Below, piece by piece: positions 1 to 14,450 of a DNA stretch of 64,000 nucleotides. The translations under genes and the position numbers were made by a program. Positions within the stretch are counted from its first letter, which is position 1, and each line of letters begins with the position of its first letter. A model generated the notes under the pieces. The model saw nothing but the letters and a program-made list of their open reading frames with translations, searched no databases and was not told the DNA's origin. Source of the stretch: Selaginella moellendorffii (taxonomy: Eukaryota; Plantae; Lycopodiophyta); NCBI RefSeq assembly GCF_000143415.4, contig NW_003314294.1, positions 1,767,015 through 1,831,014 of the forward strand. The letters run 5' to 3'.

Positions 1-2836
1 ATTCAGGCAAAGTGTTTCTAAACAACCCCGAGGGGGAGGTGGTAGCTGAGGGCTTAGCCACAGTTGTCGATCCAAGAGATGCGGTTGCTAATCAAGAATT
101 GGGCTGGGATGATATTGGAGTTGCGATTTTAGAGGTTGTTGACACAGAAGAAAACAGTCTGACTATTGGAAGCATTGTGCGGTGGAAATTGAGGCACTTA
201 GTGTTTGAGAATGTGAAGGATTCACAATCAAACACCACTACAACTGATGACAGAACATCTCTTCATGGGAAAAGAAAGTACACCTTCCTAAAGCGCAGCC
301 AAAGGGATCTGAGCAACGAACCGAAAAGGCAGAAAATGGCGATGGAGGTTCGAATGGTCTCGACAGTTGCTTGTTGCAAGAGGAGGTGCTGTCAACATGC
401 TGATTGGGATGCTATTGAAGAGGAGAGAGCAAGATACAAGACATTGTCCTGGAAGGCAGCTCGCAATTTTGTGTATGAGGCATTACGGTCATCTGTTGAT
501 GCTTCAGAACATCAGGTGGGGGGCATGGTCTTCCAGAGGGGTTTGGTCTGCATGAAGGCATGGAGAATCATTTATGGAGTCCCTCGAAGCACATTCTACA
601 GAATCAAAACTGAGTTCGAGGAACAAAGGGTTCAACAGGCAGTCCATGGGAATGACGGTACGCACAAAACCAGGGGTCATGTTGTATATGGAGAGGCAAT
701 CTTCAAGAGGTTTGTCGAGACATGTAGCGAGCAGCAACCACATAAAACCCGCCTCTTGGAAGATGGAACACGAGACCCAATGAGTTCTCCCTTCCATGTA
801 TACCAAGGGGGCCATATTGGAAGATGTGAATCGGGAACTCCAGAGTAATGGCTACAGGAAGCTGAGCCAATCTAGATTTAGTAGATTGTGGAGCAACAGG
901 TTCAGGGATGTGAGTATAGGAAAGTACTCCAGCTTTTCAAAGTGTGACGAGTGCACTGCTATCAAAATGGCTTTGTCGAAGAATTCTTGCAGCGCTCAAG
1001 AGCGAGAGACGTTGGTTAGAAGGCGGCTCGACCACAACATCGAGCAGAGAAGCTGCAGGACTGCATATTATCATAACAGGATTCTCTCCATGGAGAGACC
1101 TGACTCTTACCTCTGCATCATCCATGACAAAATGGACCAGAAAAAGACGTGCTTACCTCGACTCAATCCTGCCCCCAAGGCAATCTCTTCATCCATGCAG
1201 CTGCCTGTGTCTCTGTTTGGCATAATCGCTCATGGGCATGGTGCCCAGAACTATGGGAACTTCTTTGTACCTCTATGGGGTGGCGGGGGTGCAAACATGA
1301 TGATTGCGTCCCTAGCAAAACACTTAAGGTCTCTGCAAAGTGCGCAGACTGAGCTGAACGGCCAACCCTTGCATAAGGCCCTTGTCGATCGAACCCCATA
1401 CAGGGTTCAGCTGGAGGAGGAGCAAAGGCTTGCAATATCGCGTGGGGCCCCATGCCATCCCAGTGAATATGTTGGCCGTCAGATTGTAGGGTTATCACGT
1501 GAGGCCTCATGCCATTCCGACGAGGCTGGTCGCCCGGTGAATGCACAGCCTCATCCAAACGAAGCAGAATCTCAAGGAAGTTCTTGCGGCCGATGTGGCC
1601 TTCCACCCCATCTTCTGCTCCAAACAGACAATGCTGGCAGTGAGAACAAAAACATGTACGTCTTCGCGTACTTGGCGATGCTTGTTGCCAAAGGCATATT
1701 TGAAATGGTTACACTTGGCTTTCTCATGGTTGGGCACACTCATGAAGACGTCGATGCCATGTTCAGTCACCTGGCAGAGTCCCTCCGGCGATCCAATGTC
1801 CTCACCCTCCCACAACTCTACGATGAATTCCAAAATTGCATCAAAGGCACTGTTGAAGCTGCACTTCTGACAGAGGTTCCAGACTTTAAGGGGTTTGTAA
1901 GAGGCTACATCAGGGATGGATCCGAAACGCTGATTGGCCACTCCAAGCCTCTTCAGTTTCATTTCAGCATGTGTGACGGTGCTCCAGTGATGAGGTACAA
2001 GATGAGAGAATGGGACATAGTGTGGCTGCCAGTGGACGGCATTGAACTCTTCAAGAGAGATCTCATAACTGGGGAACCTATGATTCCTCAGGGTTCCCCA
2101 CGGCCGATGCACCCGGATGGACTCAAAGACCAGGAAAGTATAGTGGCCGGGATTAGACAGCATATTGCCTTCTGGAAGAGGGGGTTGGTGTTTGGTGGAG
2201 AATCCTATTTTCAGAGGTGCAAGCCTTTGCTCGAATACTGGGAGAAGATTATATCTGCTATCCAAAATGGGCCGGTTGTATATGAAGAATTGGAAGAGTC
2301 CTTTTGGCCAGAACCCAGAGCACCAGATAGTAGCGGAACAATGTCCTCTGGAAATGCAGTGACAGATAACGATGTTGAGGATCACTATTGTGGGCCGAGG
2401 AACAAGAAGCCGGATTCAGCATTCAATCCAGTACAGGTCTGCAAAGGAATGGTCGTGCTTGTCAGACCCAGTAATAAAAAACAAATGATATGGGTGGGGC
2501 GCTGCATCACTGATGCAGAGGAGGACGCGGAAACTAACTCCTTCAATGTAACTGTGGAGTGGTTCAAGCCAAGTTCCGGATATACGAAGGATTGCCTAGA
2601 AAAGAGATGGGTGCTGAATCCAAGGGATCCCAGCATGAGCATATCGGTGGATAATGTTGTGCATGGTTGGATGCGGAAGCAGAGTGCCACCATCACCTTG
2701 CCAGACCATGCAAGAGATGCAACAAGAGCATTCATAACTCGGGTTCAAGGTGAGATTCATTAATATTCCTTTACAAAGTTTCTAATGTATTTTATTTCAA
2801 GGTGAACAATCCGAATCTGAATCAGAGGAGGCTTGA
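1..2836 (+). pseudogene. Sola-like DDD transposase, copy 1, frameshifted
   Basis: ORFs 12-848 and 796-2763 are separated by a 2-bp deletion near 775 (GAGACCCAA vs GAGACACCCAA in the other copies). Motifs IIHDKMDQKK, QTDNAGSENKN, FLMVGHTHEDVD. Probable terminal intron 2750-2801 gives a C-terminus ...QGEQSESESEEA*. Confidence 0.8.
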
Positions 2837-3051
2837 TATAGTGTGTGAGGTAAAACAAAGATGATGTGACATATGCATTTACCAATCACACGTGCATAAA
2901 TCTAATAATATGGCGTGTGGCCCATATTAATGGCACATAAACCCATATTGTGGGCTTACGTGCTTTATGTACCATCATTCCCTTGCAGCGTGTGTGTTGG
3001 TTTCCTTTTATAACACAACGAACTCCATATTTTAGGGTGAAGAGCGTTCTC

Positions 3052-3309
3052 ATGGCAAGCACAAAATCTGTAAGTGAGGCAGAAAAGGAGACGGAGAAGG
3101 AGATAGGTGAAGATGTAGAATATATAAGTCTTCCAAACTCCCCGTACTATACTCCAGGTGATCATTTTTCTGAACAAACGGCAACATTAACAACTATCGA
3201 GAACGCCCCAGTAACGTCAGAGACAACAATCCAAAGCAAAACAACTGACCCGGAGAAGGATGATAGTACCGCTGAGAGTACCAAAAAGGAGGTGTCCACT
3301 AGCGCTTAG
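3052..3309 (+). CDS. Small acidic/Thr-rich ORF (85 aa from ATG) in the transposon right arm, function unknown
   Basis: Open in all three copies (also 25934-26191 and 58717-58974). The copies are too similar for this to show selection. Confidence 0.3.
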   Translation: MASTKSVSEAEKETEKEIGEDVEYISLPNSPYYTPGDHFSEQTATLTTIENAPVTSETTIQSKTTDPEKDDSTAESTKKEVSTSA

Positions 3310-3969
3310 GCTTATAATGGCGTGTGCCCTCATGCCATTTACTTGATCACCAAATACCTTTTTCCCTTTGCACTAGTATATCTTAATACCGGTCGGAGAA
3401 ATAGAATGGCATGTGCCCTCAGGCCTTTTACTAAATCACCTTTGAAAGAAATGCAAGCCTCTATGTCGTAAAAAAAAGGTACTAGAGAAATTCCTTAATA
3501 ATATGAATGTTATTTAGTTTCATGAAAATACACTAAGGGTCAAATGAGTTAAATGACTTCTCCAGACTAGCAATGCCTCTTGCTACACCTTCACAATTAG
3601 ATTCGTTAGAAAAAGATAACATTGAATAATATCTAAATGTTCTCACCATTAAGTTATATGTCTGGCTAATAGGAATGATGTTCATCTTGGAAAGCTCACC
3701 ACACGCTCAATGAACAAACAAATAGTGTGTGCGCGCATGCCATCGCTCTTCTTTAGCTTCAGATTCGGCTTGTTCACCTTGACAATGAGATTTATTATAC
3801 AACTAGATGGACTCAGTCTGGACATAAGGTCACCGCGCTAGTCACCATGCCCCAGATATGTCTAGCCCCTGGACAAAAAACATATAATTTCACGTCATTT
3901 TCAAATACTTGAAAATTTGTACCTAGTCCCATTTTACTGAATAAATCCCACTTTAACGAAATAGAGCTT

Positions 3970-5600
3970 TTGTGCAGTTGTTCGCCCATCCACAACAAAG
4001 CCTGTCGCTATTGAGCATACACCTCTAGCTATTGAGAACTCTACAAATCACTGAGAGCTCCTCCATCGTGCTCAAGACCTTCACCAACCACACTGTTCCT
4101 CCAGTGGGCATTTGCTGTGGTGTCAAGGTCTCTGTGCAGGGCCTGGCTGATACACCAAAAATGACAACTACTACAAGCACACACAAACTAATCCCAAGTT
4201 AACACTTCTAGAACTACAATGGAGAAGGAAATTGCTACTAGTTCATAAGCAACTCCACCAATATATTAGCTAAGAGGCATAGCTACTCCTATCCACAATA
4301 CGGGTAGATAGTGCATACTCTTTGATTGCTCGCAAGCCAAACCTACTCCACACAATGTGAAAAAGAGACAATTTCTACCATTAACAGGCATTGACATTAC
4401 TAGCACTTGTGCTAGTGGAAGTGATATTGTTGTTTCAAGTGATGAGGATTCTTTAGAGCTTGATTTTCCATGTCATTTTTTTTGTTAATGTTTTAGTTTC
4501 ATATTGGATCTTGAAGGTGATTCAAAAAGAATGTTAGTGCAATATAGATATCCAAAATATAATCCTTAGGATCAAGTCTTAGGTATTCATTTACATTTTG
4601 TGAATGTTGATGTTAGATGTGGGGAAAATAGGCAAGATGTTCGATGCCTAAGCATGCTATTGAGTCATACGAATTTATGTTGAGGTGAACTTATGTGAAA
4701 TTGTTAGTAAAAGAAAGTTGGTTAAGTTTTAAAAAGTTTGTATTCTTAAATTGAAAGTCATTCTTTCTCTAGGATGGAAAGTTTTCCATAGACTTTTTCA
4801 ATGGCTGATCTGTTCATCATTTTGCTTGAAAACCATTTTGTTTTTAAAAGCCAATATAGTGAAAGGGTTAAAGTTGACTTCAGTTAGCTTAAACTTTAAC
4901 ATGTAATTTGTATAATGTGACCTGAAAGGGATATTGACTTTTAGGGTTAAGGAAATTGAGTTGGATAAAGTCTAAAGTTGATGTAAAAAAGTGGTTATTG
5001 CACTTTTATAGAAAGGTGACACTTATGCCTTTTTTCTTGTAGCATTATGCTAGGTGGCAAGTTGCATCTTGCATTATGAAAATAGTGAGCTCTCACTAAT
5101 TTTGACTTAGTCTTGGTAGCCTTACACCTTGGTTGAGGATAGTGATATCCAATTTAGTTGTTTGAGGTTGAAGTGTTAGTACCCATATTATAGCTTTGTT
5201 TATGAGGAGGTTGTGTACCAATATAAGTCCATCTCATGGTTTTCATGCATAGCTAGCTTCTTCAAGGCATGCTCAGAGTTATTGGCTAAATATGTTGGTG
5301 AGTTTATTGTGGTTGAGTTAGATCTAAATGGTTATTTAATCTATGCACCATTCCATATTTAGTAAATTTTGAGTTAATCCCAAAGACTAACTCTTGGTAC
5401 TAAGGATGGCTAAGGGTGAAACTAATTCCTAGTACTAAGGATGGCTAAGGATGAAAGCCCAAAACATACATTCCCCAAGGGGGGGGGGGGAAGGGGGAGG
5501 GGGGGGGATATAGGGGGTTCTAAATGTATAGTAGGGATAGTGGATAAGTTGGGTATAGTTGACCAATTTGAGGTATAGTCTAACTCCCACGTTTGTGTTT
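3970..5600 (+). mobile_element. Highly degenerate LTR-retrotransposon remnants
   Basis: Protease-like and integrase-like fragments with many stops. 5390-5560 resembles the young chromovirus LTR (GGGTGAAA..CCC, G-run, TATAGTAGGGATAGTG). Confidence 0.35.
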
Positions 5601-6175
5601 GTCCTTATTTTACATCTGGCTTGGGTTTAAGCCCAATTTTCACACCATTCTAATTGGTGGAGTACCTATATTCTCATATTAGACATCAGTATACTAAAAT
5701 AGTGCCAAACTCTATTTGGTTCAATTTTGCATGCTAGTCCTGGCATTAAGATGCTAGATGTTCTAAGACTATTCCAAGTCACTCCATGCCCTTATCCCTT
5801 TATTCCTTGGGCTGAATGCTCAAGAGTCACTCCATGCTCTAATTCCTTCACTCCTTGGCTACAAATTTGGGAGTTTTGCTCTGTTCTTTCATTTAGTAAC
5901 CTTTGAAATTCAGGCTTTGAAATTTAGGTTCCACTCTACTATCCTTTGGGCATATGGCATATGGCACATGGTATATGACATGTGGCACATAGACAATTTA
6001 GGTTTCTCTTCATGGTTATTCTATGGTAAATCACCATAGGATAAAAGGTGAAAACTATGTACACTACATTTAATCATTACAAAACCACTCACTTGCAAAG
6101 CATTTTCCATTTATAGTACAAAAATCATATATGTGGCACTGATTGGAACTTTGCAATGCATATGTGGTAAGCACC

Positions 6176-6985
6176 TGTAAGCTCCTAAGTTTGGACTTCC
6201 CCAATATCCCTTTTCCGGTCTTCACCAAGTCCCTTACTACCCATGGCCGTGTTCGCCAATACTGCCACTGGATCGAGGCCCACAGGCCCGACCACTAAGT
6301 CCCACGGTCCTCTGGGACTTCCTCACCACACGACTGTGTCCTTGGTCACTACCCCAGAGGCCTGCTCCTCTTCCTTTCCACAATCTGGGCTTTTGGGACA
6401 ACATTTCGGAACACCGTGGCCTTACGCGAGCCACCTGGGTACTCTCCTCGCCTTCTGCCCTTGGGTGCTCTAGCCATGGGCTTAGAGCAGGTTCCGTTGA
6501 GCCACACCAGGTATCCAAGTAGGTAGTGCCACCCACACTTGGACTGGGAGCATCGGCCAGTCGATCTCCCGGGGGAACTAGAGCCGGCTCTTGAACACTT
6601 CACCAGGCTATTCCCCTTGTCGGTGGGCATCCTAAGGATGCTAAGGAGTGGATCTGAGATGACCACTCACGGATGGTTTGCCTAGTCTTGGAGAGCCAAG
6701 ACGGTGATGCAAGTGGTATTGGACTACCAGTGTGGCAAAGGTGATTGGGCATAGCCTTAGCGTAACGGGCTGCTATGTCGGTGGTACCTTTGAGTATCGG
6801 TCATGGGATCGGACACGTGGAGCACTTGGACCAAGTGCAAATGTTGAGTGGCATGGATGCCATTCTCGGGGCTAGTAAGACCCAAGTCCTAGATTGGACT
6901 TATGGAGGTTGTGAATGAGACTCCTCCAAGTGGTCAGAGGTGTGGTTAAGTGACTAAAGTAGAATGGAAAATTTAGTCGCTTACA
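6176..6985. mobile_element. Solo LTR (810 bp)
   Basis: TGTAAG...CTTACA termini; 5-bp TSD GCACC at 6171-6175 and 6986-6990. Confidence 0.8.
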
Positions 6986-7879
6986 GCACCCATATATAAA
7001 AAGAATTATTATTTTGTAAGTCACACATGTGTTATAACAATTTACACACCTATGTGTTTTTCATATATTGTGCAAGTTTGCACAATTCTATACTAGGCTG
7101 CCCACCCTAGGTACTTGGGAGGTGTACCTTTCCCTCTAAAACTGTGATGATAAACTATTTGTTTTACCCATGTGTAACACAATCAAACCACATAGGAAAA
7201 AGAAGAGTAGAGTGCCAAATTAGAGATAAACACATATAACAAAATGGGTAAAGAAAAATGTTCTCCTGCTACTATTTGCTTTTTGGCTTTGAAACTGACT
7301 TACTCTTCTATGTCACATTGGGATGTCAGTCCCAAAAATATTATGAAGTAATTTTTTAATTCAGTTTGTTGAGATCAAGGTGAATAAGGGGCAATTGGCA
7401 AACATGAATTCATGTGTAATGAGGCTTCATGCAGATCAAGTCCTCTCAAGTTTGCATTTTGCAGCACAGGGGAGTACCCTCCCTTGGTACTTGTCAATAT
7501 CCTTGAGTGAAGGTTCCACAACACTCCTAAATCCAATGGCATATTGAAAGGGAGCTTATTAAACTTTACAATATGTCATGATTGGGATGCCCTATCACCA
7601 GAGTAGTTTGTATTTGATACTTGAATGTAGATCATCCCATTGCTGAACAGATCTGTGACATGCTGCTATTTACATTCTGCAATGTGATAGGCACGGAGGA
7701 GGCCATAGCCTACATATAAACAACAAAAGATGCTAAGGCATTTCAGTTATGATTCGGTGCAAAAAGACAGAGATCTAGTCGCCCTAAACTATGCTATGCC
7801 ACCTCTTGAGGTTCCTCACCACCCAACCACCCCCAAGCTACCTCAAAAGCTCCACTACGCCGCCGCTCCACTATGAGCC

Positions 7880-8443
7880 CTAGGGTAGGTTAAGTCCCTC
7901 ACCCTAACATGCCTTAATATATCCTTGAGCCTTCCTTTCACCGACATTGACCACGTGGTCAAAGTTGGCGCCTAACAATTCTTCCCCCCCAACAAAGTCC
8001 TTGTCCCAAGGACAAGTTGTACTAGTGATCACCCTTTCTGGGGAACCCTGCTCAAACTCCTGGTCCATCTTCCACAGTCGTATACATCACGGAGGCATTA
8101 GGCCTATCACTCCGAGATAGTACACCTTTCAACTAGCTGACATTAAATACCAGATAAACCCTAAACCCCAGCTGGCAGCCGCACCCGATAAGCCGCTTTA
8201 CCAATGCGCTCCAGCACTTCATATGGACCAGCATATCGATAGGAAAGTTTATCACTCTTCCCTGTCCGTAAAGGCACCAAAGTGTTCTGCCACTCACTTG
8301 ATGGAAAGATCACTCACACAAAGACGAGATCACCCACCTTGTATTCCCGGAATTAGCAATGCTCATTAGCAAACTTCTCCGCTCTATCTTGAGCTACTTG
8401 CAAATTCCGTTTGCACACCACCAGAATCTCATCAAGTTCTGTG
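7880..8443 (-). mobile_element. Old Ty3/gypsy 3' end (integrase C-terminus, PPT, LTR start); left half of the element split by transposon copy 2
   Basis: Minus strand reads DKLSYRYAGPYEVLERIGKAAYR. G-rich PPT at 7978-7990 precedes TGTTAGG. The frame continues across the insertion (EATNLAT-ELDEILVVCKRNLQ). Confidence 0.7.
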
Positions 8444-8874
8444 AAGCTCTATTTCGTTAAAGTGGGAATTGTCATTATCCCACTTGTAAAATAAGGTTTC
8501 CAAACCTTTATATAGTATATAAATATAACAAAATTCAACTGCATTGAGGCACATGCCATTTTATTTTAAACAAGGAAATGTCTACTCAATCACTTCTCAC
8601 TGCTTCACCTCTCTCTTCTCCTTGTCATCGTCGTCCAATTTCTTTCCATCCTTTTAATATTGGCTCAGTTGCTCCGAGTCTAGGTGGAGCCCAAGTCCCC
8701 ATTCAATCTTTACTTTCCCCTTATTAATAAAACAACTTCGTAGACTTCCAATAACATGCTGTAACACTTCTAGTATAATGCAAATCCTCTCAAAGAATTG
8801 TCTTTTAATATTAATACAATGGCATGGAACCCCATGCCATAATAAGTTACATTTTTAAATAAATACATGCCATC

Positions 8875-11800
8875 TCAGACTGTTATTTTTTGCCTCCAAC
8901 GCCTATACAATAATCTTGGAATTTCATCACTCTCCACACTATCAAGATTTAAACCCAATAGTAATGCCATCTCTTCTCTAATACGTCCACGCTCATGTTC
9001 AGTGGTCGAAGAACCCATCCGGTTGAGCAGATTATGGAGATGCGGATAGTGCTTGGCTAGACAATATACATGCCATAAATGATGACTGGTGTCTGTCCGA
9101 TCAAATGGCTTCTGATATACCGTTCCATCTGCCATTTGGTTGATTTCTGCAGCCACCTCCTGGACTGGCCGGTTCTCTATCACCATCGCTTCAAGCCGTT
9201 TTGCAAGGTCCCCCAGAACATACGGTTTCTTCTCCCTAGTTTCCATACTGCAAGAGATGGGGTGCACTGCATATGTGTGCGTGTTCGCTGCAGTTTTAAT
9301 CGGCGAGTCATCAATGATGAGGATTTCACTTGACCTAGCAGTCCAGTTCATCACTACAGCCTCTGCCTTGACGAAGATGGGCTTGCTACCCCTCACATGG
9401 ACCATAGTCAAGCAATCCTCCTGCGTTAGGAGAAAGTCAAATGGTAATATTACTCGCGTCTGATCGTGCATCATCTGTAGCAACGTTAATGCATTGTGGC
9501 GCATCATGGATGTCCAAACTCCCAATTGCAAATTGAACCCGGCCCTCTGTTTTAAGTGTCGCATGGTCATTATTAGATCCCGCAGTTTCTCCCGTGTGAT
9601 TAATGTGAATCTGTCTCTTTTGACCAACTTGCGACCGCAGGCTTTGGAGGGTGCAGTGACATTCGAGGACGAGCCACGCTCATGGGAGAAAAGGACACCG
9701 TTCAGATCAAAAACGATACAGTACTTTCGCCGTGACTCTGAAATGAAATGCGTCAGCATAAAAAATGGTACAAGTCAATTTTACCATCTACAATATTAGC
9801 GAATGGTGCTCCCGATGGTCGTTCAGAGGGTTTTGGTCGAGGAAACGTGAAGGGCGGAAATACTCTCCTCTGCAATGTGGGGTCAATCGCATCCGATGGC
9901 GTGTGGGCACATGCCATTTCAGCTGTAGACTCTGGTACAACTGGCTCAACAGTGGCATGGGGTGGTTCCGATGGCGTGTGATCACACGCCATTTCAGCTG
10001 GTGCCTCCGTTGGCAAAGTGGACATGACCGAACAGGCAGCAGGGGCGGTGTAGGGAGGTTCTAACGGCGCGTAGTCAGACAATTGGGCACACGTTGGAAA
10101 TGAGGATACGACCGGCTCGGCGGCTGGGGCGGCCTCATGCGGGTCCAATGGCGTCTGGTCACCGTCAGTTGGATACGTGGACAAGATTGACTCAGTGGTA
10201 TGGGCAGCATCAAGTGGAGCGTGGTCAGCTTGCTTGGCGTTGATATGGATAGTAGCCTCCACCAGCTCTGATGACTCTTGCAGGCAAGTAGAGTCCACTG
10301 GCGGATCCATATGCATGTCCAAATATCTCCCTTCGATTGAGATGGTATCCTCCCGTGCTACTAAAAACAAACTCATTAGCACATTGAATCGACTATACTG
10401 TATTTACCATCAACTGCTATTGAGGAACTAGGACCGATATCACTTGGGCGCACTGCTGATTCTGAAGGATTGGACATACGTTTCGACCCTTGCTTGGCAC
10501 TATCCTTCCTCGACACTAAAGGCTAGAGTTTGTATCTTAATTCAACTGAATAATCTCTACTTACCATTTCTTCTGCGACCTACATGGACAATGTTAGAAA
10601 TGGTAAAAGGTTAGGAATGGATGTACTATTATTTACCTGATGGTTTGTCTTGTATGACCTTCCTCCGCTGCTCTTTGGCCACCTCAGGCTGGCCATCATC
10701 GTCATCATCGTCATCGTCGTTATTGTGATCGTCACCATTGTGAGGACCATCCAAGTCCTCTTCGTCCTCCTCTTCTTCGTCCTCCTCTTCGTCCTTCTGC
10801 TCTTCCTGCTCATTATCTTTCTCTGGCTCCTCATCCCCCTCTTGCATTTCTTCCATAGGCTGCTCAGGCTGGATTGCTTGTTTTTCCAGGACCATCTTGG
10901 AAAAATCATCTGGCCGAGTCTCCATCTCAAAATACAAGACATCCATAGCCTGTTTTAGTGCGTGACCTAGGACCGTATCCTCACCCGACTGTCTTAACAT
11001 GGTTTCTGCACGTTCTTGCACCCTTCGAAGACGACGAGATGAGAAAAACGTGGCCCTGACTTGAAAAGCATCCCTCATCCATTGTACCTCTCCATTGAGA
11101 TTGGGGAAGGGGAGTCCGCCATAGGAATCTGAGTCAGAAGGTGGTGACTGGCTCCTTTCACTCAGCCCTTGATCTGCAATGAATGGCATGAGCACACACG
11201 CCATAACCGCGAGGCATTACCTATCATCTTTTCGTTGCCCTTCTTCCTTTTCGAATCAAACGCCTCTGATCCCGACGACTGTCCAACGTGCTTTCGCTTT
11301 TTATGACCACTGTCAGTTTGAGCTTGGCTGGTGCTTGCCTGTTTTGCCTTTGAAGAAGTGTCTCCTGCAAGGAATGGCATGAGACCACACGCCATTGCAA
11401 ATATAATTTGTACCTCCTTTTTTCCTATTGCTTGTCTGTTTGTCCTTCTTCGACGCGCCACCAGTGCGCTTTTCAGTCCTCGTGTCTGAATATTCACAAC
11501 GATCTATAATCAAAATGGCGTGAGGCCTCACGTGACCTTACCTTGTGCAGGTTGTGACCTCGGCCTAACATCAGTAGCTGTTAACGCCATTTCAGCATCT
11601 GGGGGTGGCCACGCTCCTGCATACAGAGCTTGTGAGATAACATTTAAACTTAAAGTGCGTACTCACTAGGTTCGTAGAGAAGATACTGTTTTTCTTTGGC
11701 AACTGTAATTATATGCTCCATTGAAGTCACCTCTTCAATGGAGTTTGTCACCGCAACACACGGGACACCCTTGAGTAGTGCGGCTCGAAAGAATAGTCCG

Positions 11801-14450
11801 CCGCAGTTGTACTCGACAACGCATTTGCCCTTGGAGTCACCCGCTATTGCGTTGAAGACCCAGCTGAGCATTTCCCATGCTGCACCTGGAGCTTTCTTTG
11901 GATTCGAAAGCTCCATAGCCGTCTTCAGTTCCTCAGGCACGGGTAAATTGACCTCCCTCAGATCAATTCGATCGGCTTTGTTGAACGAAGCTGGGAAGTC
12001 ACTCCAGTCCCACTCTGCTGCAGGACCAATAACAAGGGCGACTGTGAAGATGCGGACATTCGTCGGTATCTTATTCTTAGCCATTATCCCATGGATCTCC
12101 CGCATCTCCTTGCCTTTCAACCGAGCCTTCACCTCGTTCAAGGCCTTCCAGAACTTGTGATAGGATTCGGAGTCGTAGATCATATAGTGGACTGAAGATT
12201 CCACCTCCGCAAGTCCCACCATTAAGTCAATGATGGAGCTGACTTCATCTGCATGAGTGATCTCCTCGTTTGTGAAGTCCATCACACAAAAGATGTTCTT
12301 GACCTGCTCATCTCCGCGGGAAACGATGCTCCTCCACCTTTGATCCTCATCCGAATTCACGTATACCCGGTAAGGTTCTCGATAGGCCTCTGCTGCGGGG
12401 TCGAGCTGTTTCTGAAGCCGGCGGTCGACATCCCTCTTAATGAAATTTGGATACTGATCCAACTTCTCAGCTTTACTTTTCGTGGCATCCCGCAGCAGAT
12501 CGATGAACTTGGGGGCCCCCTTCACGTACTCGTCGATGTCTTCATTTGACAAGTCCAGCTCTTCCATCATCTCTTGCGTGGTGTCGATGCTCACCCTCGC
12601 CACGGCCACTTGCTCGAAGATCCAATCCTTCAATAGCGCACGAGCTCTCAGAGTCGTGCACAAGTCCTCGTATGTCACAATATGGCCGGGAGTCATTTTG
12701 GTCTTGTTGAAGACTACCTCACCACGTAGAAGAGCATTAGCCACTGTCAGAAGGTCGTCGTCGTCTAGAGACCGCGAGAAACGCAAGGCGTTGAGCTTCA
12801 AATCATTGGGCTTCTGGCCGTCCTCCACACCCATTGAGTTTAGCAACTCCCCGTCATGGTACCTCCTTAGCACATCTACCCATTTGTCAAAAACAACTTT
12901 TGTCGCGAGTAGAATGTTATGGATGCTGAGTGTGTCATTGACCCCCAGTGTTTTCGAGAGAAGACTCGAGAATTCCTGCAATGGAAATGGCGTGAGGCCA
13001 CATGCTATGCCACATGCAACGAGGCTTACCTGCCAGGCGCTAGTTGCTAGTGCACGTCCTTGTCCTGGTTTTTGTGGCTTCTTCAGTTGAACCCAGAGCT
13101 TCCGTGTTCGTGCCAATGTCTCGTGCAGACCCAATTTGTAGCACGTTTCTTGCTTGACATTCTGCGCGTGGGAGATGTATATGATAGATCGGAGGGGCGA
13201 GTTGCCTTTTATCAGGCGGACAACTCTTGTCTTGAAGACTTTCTTCACCTCCTCGCCCACCATAATATCCACAACTATCTGTTGCATCGCCAAGCTAGAA
13301 TGCTGCCCGGAGACGGCATAGAACCGGATGTTCTGATCGTCCAACACCTTCCTATTGATCAAGTCTGGAAACCTCGTCTCGCCCTTCATTGTTCGGTAGT
13401 AGGGGATCACGTCTGCGATGTCGGGTGTTACTGGACTTGCCAGCATCTTCTGCTTCAGTTTCTCCACCCACTCATCAGATACTAGCCTGTGGTTGTATTT
13501 GCTTTGGATCTCGATACGGCTCACGTCGATTGTATATACTTTGTTGGAATAGTAACAAGTACTATTATCTGCGACGATTTTTGCTGCCTCTTCTTGCTCT
13601 TTCTGCTCTTTGCGGCTCTTCTTTTTGGTGGGTGTAGTGTTCGAACCCGAGGCAATGGCATCACCGAGTAGCTTCTTTTTTGGAGCAGCAGAGTCGGACG
13701 TCGGCTTGAGCTTGACCACCCTTTTCTGCTTCGGGGTAGTTTCCAGATCGACCCCCTTCCCCTTCGCTTCGCAAACTGGAGGCACTCTCAACGGCTCAAT
13801 GTTGGAATATAGTTTTTGAACATCGCCGTAGGTGAGGTCCGTGGATTCCATGTGATCTTCATAGACCCGCAGCGTCTTTGAAATTGTGGGCCTCCTGGAC
13901 AACCTCTCCCTAGCTCCCTCTAGGAATTCCTCATAGCCGCTGCCCCCCTCCGGGAAGCCGCTAGGATGTGCAAGGTGGATCTTGAAGGCGGACGCTGTCT
14001 CTACCACAAGTGCCAGTCCATATTCTTGCATGGAACTGCATGGAGTGTCTGTCACTTGGATGAGGATCCCCATGCATTCTTTTCTCCCACCATCTGTGTT
14101 GTACAGCATCAGATCCTCGCCTTCCATCCCGAAAGTCCAACTGGTGAGCTCCTCCCCCTTCTCTGCATCCACATTGACAGTGGCTGGAAGAAGAATGCAA
14201 TTCCTCGCCTGTTCAAAAATGCACAACAATTAGAGCTGACAGATGAAAAGCTAGCAGCTGGAAATAACGTGAGGCCACACACCATTCACCACTGCATCAG
14301 ATGTCTTGAGGCTGCATCCTAAGATGGCGTGAGGCTACACGCCATCTGTAACCGGACTGCACTCGAGAGCCCAATCGGTGCATGCCAATGTTGCTACTGA
14401 ATGGCATGTGGCCTCATGCCATTTTCTACTTGGTCTAAAAGACTTACCAT
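8875..14450 (-). CDS. 11-exon transposon accessory gene (~1,626 aa): ParB/Srx-like, MTase-like, acidic linker, FCP1-like HAD domain; copy 2
   Basis: Same exon structure as 46844-52434, 15 nt shorter in the acidic repeat. Component ORFs 8875-9759, 9753-10382, 10629-11204 and 11650-14229 are open. Confidence 0.75.

Larger units (their letters stand above)
1..3969 (+). mobile_element. Sola-like giant DNA transposon, copy 1 (right arm only; left part is upstream of the window)
   Basis: Near-identical to 55664-59634. Ends in TIR ...TCCCACTTTAACGAAATAGAGCTT at 3969, followed by TTGT (predicted TSD). Confidence 0.9.

Noticed and set aside
1507-2385. 292-aa antisense ORF (also 24389-25267, 57172-58050) and similar antisense ORFs over gag-pol and the cargo gene
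   Set aside because: Shadow frames of real coding sequence; no motifs, and conservation reflects copy identity.
5950-5992. ATGGCATATGGCACATGG repeats resembling the element palindrome
   Set aside because: A 7-bp tandem repeat lacking the CAYGCCAT half-site and 6-nt spacing.
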